Positions 51,720 through 59,156 are shown, counted from the stretch's first letter. The stretch is DNA of 64,000 bases from an uncultured virus (IMG/VR IMGVR_UViG_3300017766_004071) (IMGVR_UViG_3300017766_004071:1-64000), one strand, 5' to 3'. Translations and numbers: made by a program. The notes: a model not told the origin generated them from the sequence alone.

Positions 51720-51822
51720 CCAAAGATACCTGTGATGTAGAGGTCACATGGGATAAACTCGACTAAAAGAAAGGGAGGTATCCAACATCTACCAAAAGGA
51801 CGTTTTTACGTCCTTTTGTGTT

Positions 51823-52314
51823 TTAGTAGATATCGTTTTTAAATTCATTCCAAACTTGACCAACAGATGAATTTAATATTTCTGAGAATATTGTTGGTTC
51901 ATAAGGTTTGGTATTTAATTTCATATTAGCTTCTTCAGGAGTCTTGTCTCCTTTCAATCTATTACAACTTGAACAACAAGTTACTAAATTCATCCAAGTG
52001 TTTTGACCCCCTCTTGATTTGGGGATGATGTGGTCTATAGTAAGATTTTTCTTACTACCACAATATGTACATTCATTGTTGTCTCTTTTATAAATTCTCT
52101 GCCTATTGATTCTTAATTTATTGATTCTGAACTTAACAAAATTTAATAAACGGATTATCAATGGGCGTACAAATTCTTTCATACCTGAGACAATTGGATT
52201 CTCACTTGCTTTTATTACTTCAGCCTTTCCTTTATTGACCAAAGTAAATCCCTTGTAAACACTTGTGATGTTTATTGGTGTGAAGTCTGCATTTAATACT
52301 AATACTTTTTCCAT
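51823..52314 (-). CDS. HNH endonuclease (McrA-like)
   Basis: VLVLNADF.P..RD..CTYCG..TIDHIIPKSRGG..W.NLV..C..CN..KG. Confidence 0.92.
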   Translation of the reverse strand: MEKVLVLNADFTPINITSVYKGFTLVNKGKAEVIKASENPIVSGMKEFVRPLIIRLLNFVKFRINKLRINRQRIYKRDNNECTYCGSKKNLTIDHIIPKSRGGQNTWMNLVTCCSSCNRLKGDKTPEEANMKLNTKPYEPTIFSEILNSSVGQVWNEFKNDIY

Positions 52315-52511
52315 ATGATATGAGTTAGTATTTATAAATATAAATCATTATTTGAGTTAAAAAAAAATAATACCAATTAATGGTAGGTAAATTTTTTATA
52401 AAAACATAGGGGGCATTTTTTAAAATAAAAAAAATTGTAAAAAAAATTGTAAAGAATTCTTTTTTTAAAAAAACTTGTCTATCTTTGTAGTCACAAAAAT
52501 AAATCAATACT

Positions 52512-53210
52512 ATGCGTGACTTTATTAAAATCTCCGTTATTCTTCTCATTATCTATTGTGTATGGGATTATATGAAAGAACACAATCTAACATTGGTTGA
52601 AATGTTCACAACTTTCCCAGCACAAAATATTAATAATTCTATGGAGAATGTTAATGTAACTATTAACAACCAAAGAGATTATAACTATAACAATGTTAGT
52701 CATAATTCTAATGTTCAAGAAACTTCATATCAACCAAAACCTAAAGTTTCTACTGAAGATGTAATAGTTAAACCACTTGGAAATGTTGATTATAGTGACT
52801 TAACTGATGCTTGTAGTATTATAAAGGAAGCCTATGGTTTTAATTGTGTCATTGGTGAACCTGAACCAATAACTCCTGATTTATACATTTCAGGTACTGA
52901 AGACATCATAAATGCTCACACTTGTTATGAAAAGTTTTATACTAAACGTAGAGTTGTTTACATTGTAGATAAAAGACTTTGGGCAACTGGTGATTTCTTG
53001 AGAGGTTATGCCGCAATGAATGCAGGATTTGTAATTGTTAGAGGTGAAAAATCTTTTTTGAGAGAAACTATAGTCCACGAAATGGGTCATACTTTTGGTT
53101 TGGGACATTGTGATGATTTGGGTTGTATTATGGCAACTAACAATGACCAATATGACACAGGAAGATTTTGTAACAAATGCAGAAATAAAATTTCACACTT
53201 TTTTAATTAA
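52512..53210 (+). CDS. Zn metalloprotease (archaemetzincin/matrixin-like) with N-terminal anchor
   Basis: HEMGHTFGLGHC..CIM..FC..C. Confidence 0.85.
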   Translation: MRDFIKISVILLIIYCVWDYMKEHNLTLVEMFTTFPAQNINNSMENVNVTINNQRDYNYNNVSHNSNVQETSYQPKPKVSTEDVIVKPLGNVDYSDLTDACSIIKEAYGFNCVIGEPEPITPDLYISGTEDIINAHTCYEKFYTKRRVVYIVDKRLWATGDFLRGYAAMNAGFVIVRGEKSFLRETIVHEMGHTFGLGHCDDLGCIMATNNDQYDTGRFCNKCRNKISHFFN

Positions 53211-53216
53211 AAAAAT

Positions 53217-53591
53217 ATGAACACACCTAAAGATAAATTGATGAAATTCTACCAAAAAAATGGTATCCTTGAACTTAGTAAAGTCACAGGATTAACAATA
53301 AAAGAATTAGTTGATTTATTAAATTTAAATTTCAAAACATTTGAGGATATTAACTTTATGCCCCATTATGGAGGTGTTGCAGGTAAAATTATGTTTAAAA
53401 ATGGGTATGGTGCTTCGGTAATTCGTCATGAACATTCATATGGTGGTAAAAAAGGTCTTTATGAATTAGCAGTTCTTGATAATGAAGGTAATTTAACTTA
53501 TGATACACCAGTTACAAATGATGTTCTTGGATTTTTAAGTCCAAAAGAAGTAACAGATTATTTAATTCAAATACAAGATTTAAAAAATTAA
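53217..53591 (+). CDS. Conserved phage protein (FxNGYGASV..YELAVL)
   Basis: Motif common in phage hypotheticals. Confidence 0.75.
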   Translation: MNTPKDKLMKFYQKNGILELSKVTGLTIKELVDLLNLNFKTFEDINFMPHYGGVAGKIMFKNGYGASVIRHEHSYGGKKGLYELAVLDNEGNLTYDTPVTNDVLGFLSPKEVTDYLIQIQDLKN

Positions 53592-53595
53592 AATT

Positions 53596-53868
53596 ATGCC
53601 TAGATTTTATCAAGAAGTAGAAGCTGAAGTTGACATAGATGTTGAAGACTTCATTTATCAATGTTCCGATAGAGATATTGAGAAAATAATCAAATGTTTG
53701 GTTGAGGAAGGTAAATTACCTAAAACATTGACAACTTATAGTAAGACTCAAAGTCTATCTCTTAGTGAAGTTACTTGGTATGAAACCATTGAAAAGATAA
53801 GAAGTAATAGATTTCTACTAAGTGATGAAGAAACTGAATTAATTGAAAAAATAGCAAAAAGATTTTAA
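53596..53868 (+). CDS. Hypothetical protein
   Basis: ORF track. Confidence 0.7.
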   Translation: MPRFYQEVEAEVDIDVEDFIYQCSDRDIEKIIKCLVEEGKLPKTLTTYSKTQSLSLSEVTWYETIEKIRSNRFLLSDEETELIEKIAKRF

Positions 53869-53877
53869 TCAAAACCC

Positions 53878-53906
53878 TTGACAAACCAAAGTATTAATTA
53901 TATACT
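53878..53906 (+). promoter_or_regulatory. Sigma70-like promoter
   Basis: TTGACA-17 nt-TATACT upstream of ATG 53935. Confidence 0.5.
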
Positions 53907-53934
53907 TTCAAAACAAATTCAAAAACAGAATATT

Positions 53935-55338
53935 ATGAACTTCTTAGACGCATTACAAACAGAAGATACCTTAACTGAAAATGGTATGGTTACAAATTCA
54001 TCAACTCTTAACGAGTGTGTGAATCTATTCTTCACCATTGGAGCAATGAGAGGACAAGACAAAGAAAGATTGTTAAGTCTATTCTCAAAGGCTTTCATTG
54101 AGAATCCTCAGACTGCATTGCGTATATTATTTTGGGCAAGAGATGTTCGTGGTGGTGCTGGTGAAAGACAAATATTCCGTGATATAATCCAACTCTTAGC
54201 AGAGGTGGCACCAGAAGTATTGGCGAAGAATATTAAATTCATTCCTGAATTCGGTCGTTGGGACGATATTACAGTCCTATTCAATACAAAAGTGAATGAC
54301 GATGCGATTAACACAATAGTACAAGGTTTAGAAGCCAAAAATGGACTATGTGCAAAGTGGATGCCAAGAAAAGGAGTTATTTTTAACTCAATCAGGAAGG
54401 TTATGGGTCTTACACCAAAAACATTACGTAAAATGTTGGTAGTTCTTTCCAAAACGGTCGAGCAAAAGATGTGTGCTAACGAGTGGACAAATATTGAATA
54501 CTCAAAAGTACCATCTTTGGCTATGGCTCGATACACCAAAGCATTCTCTAAACACGATTTAACTGGTTTTGGAGTATACTTGGAATCATTGAAAAAAGGT
54601 GAGACTAAAGTAAACGCTGGGGCTGTATATCCATATGATATAGTTAAAACTTTGGGGCAAGGTGTCAAAGATTTGGCTGTAGAACAATGGAAAGCTCTTC
54701 CCAACTTTATGGAAGGAAGTACCGAAAGAATTTTACCAGTAGTTGATGTATCAGGTTCAATGTCTACTAGTGCTGGTAACAACAATAATCTATCTTGTAT
54801 GGATGTTGCAGTATCATTGGGATTGTACATTTCAGAAAGAAATGAAGGTTCTTTTAAAGACTCTTTCATTACATTCTCTGAGAGACCAAAATTACAAAAG
54901 TTGAGTGGTAATCTATATAATAGATACATACAACTACGTACTGCTGATTGGGGTATGAGTACAAACTTGGAGTCTGTGTTCAAATTGATTCTAAACCAAT
55001 CAATTAAACATAATGTACCTCAAAGTGAAATGCCGACCAAAATCCTTATCTTATCGGATATGGAATTTAATCAAGCAACTGGACGTAATAATTCCGCAAT
55101 TCAAATGATTCGTAAAGAATATGAGAATAGTGGATATCAACTACCTGGTATTATCTTTTGGAACATACAATCGAGAGGAGATAACTTCCCAGTTCGTTTT
55201 GATGAAAGTGGTACAGCGTTAATATCTGGTTTTAGTCCATCAATCTTGAAGTCAATTCTTGGGGGAAAAGAACTATCACCAATATTAATTATGAATGAAA
55301 CCATCGAGTCCGAAAGATATAAGATGATAGAAGTTTAA
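53935..55338 (+). CDS. DUF2828-family (TROVE/Ro60-related) protein with C-terminal vWA domain
   Basis: TENG..LFF..ARDVRGGAGER..GRWDD..AKWMPR; MIDAS DVSGSM, STN, LSDMEF, IFWN, SGFSP. Confidence 0.85.
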   Translation: MNFLDALQTEDTLTENGMVTNSSTLNECVNLFFTIGAMRGQDKERLLSLFSKAFIENPQTALRILFWARDVRGGAGERQIFRDIIQLLAEVAPEVLAKNIKFIPEFGRWDDITVLFNTKVNDDAINTIVQGLEAKNGLCAKWMPRKGVIFNSIRKVMGLTPKTLRKMLVVLSKTVEQKMCANEWTNIEYSKVPSLAMARYTKAFSKHDLTGFGVYLESLKKGETKVNAGAVYPYDIVKTLGQGVKDLAVEQWKALPNFMEGSTERILPVVDVSGSMSTSAGNNNNLSCMDVAVSLGLYISERNEGSFKDSFITFSERPKLQKLSGNLYNRYIQLRTADWGMSTNLESVFKLILNQSIKHNVPQSEMPTKILILSDMEFNQATGRNNSAIQMIRKEYENSGYQLPGIIFWNIQSRGDNFPVRFDESGTALISGFSPSILKSILGGKELSPILIMNETIESERYKMIEV

Positions 55339-55344
55339 AAAAAT

Positions 55345-55714
55345 GGAAAAATTGGTTTAAAAGGAATGATTACTGCAAAGTTAACACAACAAATCAATTA
55401 ATCAAAATGGTAGCCGAGGATAGGTTCAAACCCTGTCACCCTCTGATAAGGAGGGGGGTTAGTCTCACTTTCCTAATCGCACGGGAATAAATTACTAACC
55501 AAAACCCATTCTGAAACCAATTTTTCCTATTTTTTCTTGACTTAATGAAACTTTTAAATTAATTTTACGTTATATAGAACAAAGGATAGATTCAGCAAAC
55601 TAAAAAAATCAAAACTTGTAAATTTGAACAAAAACTATCCTGACAATTAAGGTTATAACGAATGACTTCAGCAACTTAAAAAAGACAGCACATCTTAAAA
55701 AATCATTCCGAACC
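55345..55714 (+). ncRNA. Three stem-loop RNAs with C[A/T]GCAA motif directly downstream of the DUF2828 gene
   Basis: Units 55345-55527, 55583-55642 and 55651-55714; each is a 5' stem arm, then C[A/T]GCAA, an A-rich variable loop and the complementary arm. Confidence 0.6.
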
Positions 55715-55758
55715 AAACTTTTTAATAATTTAGTAATATTTATAAACAAATAACAAAA

Positions 55759-55854
55759 ATGAGAACATCGATAAACCATATTAGTAATTCAGTACAACCG
55801 CAATTTAAAAATTGTTGGTCAGCGGATTCTTATGGTTCAGGTGGAATCTCGTGA
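55759..55854 (+). CDS. 31-aa putative leader peptide
   Basis: MRTSINHISNSVQPQFKNCWSADSYGSGGIS; TATTTAT upstream, terminator downstream. Confidence 0.4.
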   Translation: MRTSINHISNSVQPQFKNCWSADSYGSGGIS

Positions 55855-55882
55855 TGGTAAAAAAGATATTAATTTTTTATAC

Positions 55883-55915
55883 AAACCCTGGACAAAAGAC
55901 GTTCAGGGTTTTTTT
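55883..55915 (+). terminator. Intrinsic terminator ahead of the tRNA cluster
   Basis: AAACCCTGGAC..GTTCAGGGTTT followed by a T-run. Confidence 0.65.
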
Positions 55916-55945
55916 GTGTTCTTTGACATCGTTGGTAAAATATAA

Positions 55946-56018
55946 TCCCCCTTGGTATAAAGGTTGATTACATCAGATTTTGAATCTGAGGATGGTGGTT
56001 CAATTCCATCAGGGGGAA
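55946..56018 (+). tRNA. trnQ: tRNA-Gln(TTG)
   Basis: TCCCCCT/AGGGGGA acceptor; TCAGA-TT TTG AA-TCTGA; TTCAATT loop. Confidence 0.88.
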
Positions 56019-56060
56019 CAATTTAAAGTGGTGAAATTTGACCACTTTAAAAAAAATATC

Positions 56061-56105
56061 AAATCTTGGAACTAATAGAACTTAAGGTTGGTTCATATAG
56101 ATGAA
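56061..56105 (+). promoter_or_regulatory. Two-box repeat, ECF-sigma-like promoter, copy 1
   Basis: AAATCTTGGAACTAA-N14-GGTTCATATAGATGAA; second copy at 57434-57478. Confidence 0.5.
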
Positions 56106-56136
56106 AGTTGATTATTAAATTTTAAAATAAAAAATT

Positions 56137-56412
56137 ATGGAACTAGTAAGAAAGGGGGAATCGAGATGTTATGTATTCCGTGAAGAAGACATCCAAAAGG
56201 TATATGATACCATCAAAGAAATTGATAATTTTGAATTTGATTATATGCCTAATAATTGGGTAACAGTTTTCAATAGTAAAGACGTACATAAAAACTATAT
56301 GGTATATAATGGTAAATTTGACATTGATGTACCTAAACTGATTGACGAGTGTGGTAAAAGGGGTGTAGGTATCATTGTTAGGTCTACTAATATTCAAGAT
56401 GATTGTTGGTAA
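56137..56412 (+). CDS. Hypothetical protein
   Basis: ORF track. Confidence 0.7.
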   Translation: MELVRKGESRCYVFREEDIQKVYDTIKEIDNFEFDYMPNNWVTVFNSKDVHKNYMVYNGKFDIDVPKLIDECGKRGVGIIVRSTNIQDDCW

Positions 56413-56466
56413 AAAAAACTTGATAAAACATTTGGAAATAAGAATATAGTGTCGTAATTTTGTGGA

Positions 56467-56532
56467 AGAGTAAGGAAAGGTCGTAGGTAGCACTGTCCAC
56501 AACCAGCCTTAAACGTGGTGGATACTTACTCT
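56467..56532 (+). ncRNA. Small structured RNA with possible pseudoknot
   Basis: Promoter at 56431-56462; AGAGTAAG/CTTACTCT stem, AAGG/CCTT inner stem, TCCAC/GTGGA pairing. Confidence 0.45.
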
Positions 56533-56562
56533 AAATTTTTTCAAACTTAAAATATTAATTTT

Positions 56563-56754
56563 ATGACTAAAAATCAAATTTTAAATCTTGAAGTTGGGGA
56601 TGTTATTCCAAATATGTTTGGTAAACTAAAAAAAGTCACAAGAATTTTACATAAAGGAACTGACATTAATGGAAAAATGTTTGTTTATTTTTACCAAGAA
56701 TTTGGGGATAGTAGTGAAATGTCTTCAACTTTAAAAGAAGGTAATCAAATATAA
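56563..56754 (+). CDS. Hypothetical protein
   Basis: ORF track. Confidence 0.6.
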   Translation: MTKNQILNLEVGDVIPNMFGKLKKVTRILHKGTDINGKMFVYFYQEFGDSSEMSSTLKEGNQI

Positions 56755-56759
56755 ATTAT

Positions 56760-56835
56760 GGTGGGATTGCCAAGTTGGTCAAGGCGAATAGCTGAAGATT
56801 ATTTAATGTAGGTTCGATTCCTACTCCCACCACCA
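56760..56835 (+). tRNA. trnF: tRNA-Phe(GAA), encoded CCA
   Basis: GGTGGGA/TCCCACC; AATAG-CT GAA GA-TTATT. Confidence 0.88.
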
Positions 56836-56850
56836 AACAACTATAAGACA

Positions 56851-57021
56851 ATGAGAAGCAAAACCGTAGATAGATTGCTGAAAAGCACACCGAAAGATGT
56901 AGAAATCTTTGTGGATTGGTATGCCGACCTGGTGGTTCGCATCAATCAGCTATTGCGTGAAAACGACATCAGCAAAAAGGAACTCGCAGAGAAGATGGAC
57001 AAAAAACCATCTGAAATTTAG
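56851..57021 (+). pseudogene. Truncated XRE/HigA-type HTH gene fragment
   Basis: MRSKTVDRLL..RINQLLRENDISKKELAEKMDKKPSEI*KW stops inside the recognition helix; visibly higher GC. Confidence 0.65.
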
Positions 57022-57034
57022 AAATGGATTATAT

Positions 57035-57107
57035 GAGGTATGAACCCAAATGGAGAGGGACAACATTGTGGATGTTGGTTTAGTGAGTTCGATTCTCATC
57101 ATACCTA
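57035..57107 (+). tRNA. trnH: tRNA-His(GTG)
   Basis: G-1, AGGTATG/CATACCT; CAACA-TT GTG GA-TGTTG. Confidence 0.85.
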
Positions 57108-57119
57108 CTTAAACAAATT

Positions 57120-57206
57120 GGAAAGTTAAGCTCGGCGGCCCGAGTCTACGTCTTGAAAACGATAGGTACAATTGTATTGTATGGGGCTCGACACCTCAGC
57201 TTTCCG
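57120..57206 (+). tRNA. trnS: tRNA-Ser(TGA), atypical
   Basis: GGAAAGT/GCTTTCC+G; loop CT TGA AA; long variable arm; bulged A in the anticodon stem. Confidence 0.75.
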
Positions 57207-57215
57207 CAAATATTT

Positions 57216-57288
57216 AGTCCCATAGTTCAATGGATTAGAACCGAACAATACGAATGTTCAAATACCCGTTCAAATCGGGTTGGGACTA
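57216..57288 (+). tRNA. trnR: tRNA-Arg(ACG)
   Basis: AGTCCCA/TGGGACT; GAACA-AT ACG AA-TGTTC. Confidence 0.85.
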
Positions 57289-57296
57289 CAAAACTC

Positions 57297-57419
57297 AGTC
57301 TTGTGGCGGAATGGTAGACGCAGCTGTGATAACTTCGCTGGAAGGTGAATCTCCTTTAAAATATTAGCAGGGTCAATCAGTTCTCAGTTATCGTATAGGT
57401 TCAAATCCTATCAAGACTA
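57297..57419 (+). ncRNA. tRNA-like scaffold RNA, copy 4
   Basis: AGTCTTG/CAAGACT+A, GCGGAATGGTAGACGC, insert closed by GATAACT/AGTTATC, T-arm ATAGG-TTCAAAT-CCTAT. Confidence 0.8.
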
Positions 57420-57433
57420 CAAAAAAAAATTTT

Positions 57434-57478
57434 AAATCTTGGAACTAAATGGTGAGAGAAGGGGTTTATGTAAATGAA
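57434..57478 (+). promoter_or_regulatory. Two-box repeat, ECF-sigma-like promoter, copy 2
   Basis: AAATCTTGGAACTAA-N14-GGTTTATGTAAATGAA just upstream of tRNA-Ser(GCT). Confidence 0.5.
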
Positions 57479-57491
57479 TTTAGAAACAATT

Positions 57492-57578
57492 GGAGGATAA
57501 AGTAATCAGGGTCGTTACCACCGCCTGCTAAGCGAGTGGCACCAAGTATGGTGTGGGGTTCGTGTCCTCTGTCCTCCG
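57492..57578 (+). tRNA. trnS: tRNA-Ser(GCT), atypical
   Basis: GGAGGAT/GTCCTCC+G; loop CT GCT AA; variable arm CACCA/TGGTG; bulged A in the anticodon stem. Confidence 0.78.
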
Positions 57579-57737
57579 CAAAAAAATATTAATAAGATTA
57601 GAGCAGTTGAGTTCATAACTCAAAGGAATGCAGACAGTGGAGATGAGCGACCCACCTAATCATTTTAAATGAATAAAAAAATATTCCAAAGTGTTTGGAA
57701 ATTAGAAAATGAAATCGTAATTTTGTGATACAATAAT

Positions 57738-57885
57738 AGTCCTGTGGCGGAATTGGTAGACGCTATTAAGATAACTAAGGCAGTATATTTTCTCGGAGTA
57801 AATATGCAAAGTCATAGTGTTGTACAGATTATCCGAGTGACGAGTACATGCTTAATTTTTACAGGTTCGAATCCTGTCAGGACTA
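57738..57885 (+). ncRNA. tRNA-like scaffold RNA, copy 5
   Basis: Own Bacteroidota promoter at 57694-57725; ends identical to copy 2; about 95-nt insert closed by ATTAAG/CTTAAT. Confidence 0.8.
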
Positions 57886-58098
57886 CAAAAAATTAAAAAA
57901 TAAAAGTTATGGACACACATTATTGGGTAAGATTTGAGATTAGAATTGAAACTATCAACAATCAATTAACTTCTGATGAACAAAAAGAAATCTTTGACTA
58001 TATAAAATCAAGAATTGACGGTAGAGATGACATAGATAGACCTAAAAAGTTGGATTGTTGTTTTGTCAATATGAGGAAATTTTAGATAAGTTAAATCA

Positions 58099-58228
58099 AG
58101 TCCTGTGGCGAAAGCTAAGGGTAGAGTGAAGATTGAATGTTCAGACACTCCTTAATACTAGGATTGGAGCGAAAGGTCTAACATAAACAATATGTAGCTT
58201 AATACGGGTTCGAATCCTGTCAGGACTA
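58099..58228 (+). ncRNA. tRNA-like scaffold RNA, copy 6 (D-arm lost)
   Basis: AGTCCTGTGGCG..insert closed by AAGCTA/TAGCTT..ACGGG-TTCGAAT-CCTGT-CAGGACTA. Confidence 0.72.
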
Positions 58229-58255
58229 TTTTTTAAACTATAAAATTAAAATATA

Positions 58256-58468
58256 ATGAACGCAAGAAAAGAAATACTTGGAAAAATAGAAGAGTTTGAA
58301 AAACGTGTGAAGTATTGGAAAGATAGACAAATAAATTTTAAATGGACAGAAGAAACTATAAAAGAGGGTGACCCATTATTTGTAATGTGTCAAGATTTTG
58401 AACATTCTTTTAAAGAAAAAATATTACTCTTGCAATGGGTATTAGATTTAATTAAAGATGAAAATTAA
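58256..58468 (+). CDS. Hypothetical protein
   Basis: ORF track. Confidence 0.6.
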   Translation: MNARKEILGKIEEFEKRVKYWKDRQINFKWTEETIKEGDPLFVMCQDFEHSFKEKILLLQWVLDLIKDEN

Positions 58469-58807
58469 AACAAACTAATATGATAAATAAAATTTCAGCA
58501 CTTTTTGCACTTTTAATCGGTATAATGTATTTTTCTTTATTTGCATACGATATAGAATATGACCGAGATTTAATGACTTGGTTTTGGCTATTATTTTCCG
58601 AAATTTGGTTTATGATTAGTTTACGTTTTTGGATTTTATATGATAAAAATAATTAAAAAATGTTAGTAATTATTGGTCTTTTATTTTTGATAATTGGAAT
58701 CTTATTCTTAATTTTGTCTTACAAAACAAAGAACTCAGACTTGTTTATAGTTGGAATTATATTTCTAATTGTTCTTTTGTTTGGATTTATATATGGTTTA
58801 ATAATAT

Positions 58808-58882
58808 AGAGTAGTAGCGCAATTGGTAGCGCACTCGGTTTGGGACCGAGAGATTTTGCAGGTTCGAGTCCTGTCTACTCTA
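58808..58882 (+). tRNA. trnP: tRNA-Pro(TGG)
   Basis: AGAGTAG/CTACTCT; CTCGG-TT TGG GA-CCGAG. Confidence 0.9.
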
Positions 58883-58890
58883 CAAGATTT

Positions 58891-58967
58891 AGGAAAGTAT
58901 CCCCTCAGCCTTATACGCCGTAGAAAGGGTAACTGGTAACATATGGGTTCGAACCCCATCTTTCCTA
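58891..58967 (+). ncRNA. Arm-rearranged tRNA-Ile(TAT)-like RNA
   Basis: AGGAAAG/CTTTCCT+A; the CT TAT AC loop lies 5' of the D-loop-like GTAACTGGTAAC; normal T-arm. Confidence 0.7.
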
Positions 58968-58980
58968 CAAAATTATAATA

Positions 58981-59057
58981 CGGCAAGTATACCCTCCGTC
59001 TGATACACGGTAGAAAGGTTAATTGGTTACATATAGGTTCGATTCCTATCTTGCCGA
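58981..59057 (+). ncRNA. Arm-rearranged tRNA-Ile(GAT)-like RNA
   Basis: CGGCAAG/CTTGCCG+A; CCGT-CT GAT AC-ACGG lies 5' of TTAATTGGTTAC; normal T-arm. Confidence 0.72.
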
Positions 59058-59066
59058 CAACAATAA

Positions 59067-59140
59067 GTCTCAGTAACTCAGTGGTTTAGAGTTCTCGACT
59101 GTTAATCGAGTGGTCGTAGGTTCGAATCCTACCTGGGACG
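59067..59140 (+). tRNA. trnN: tRNA-Asn(GTT)
   Basis: GTCTCAG/CTGGGAC+G; CTCGA-CT GTT AA-TCGAG. Confidence 0.92.
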
Positions 59141-59156
59141 CAAATTTTAATAAATT

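Noticed and set aside
54108..54983. 291-aa minus-strand ORF, and similar shadow ORFs such as 39157..39477, 12871..13260 and 32554..32868
   Set aside because: Antisense or off-frame shadows of well-supported genes.
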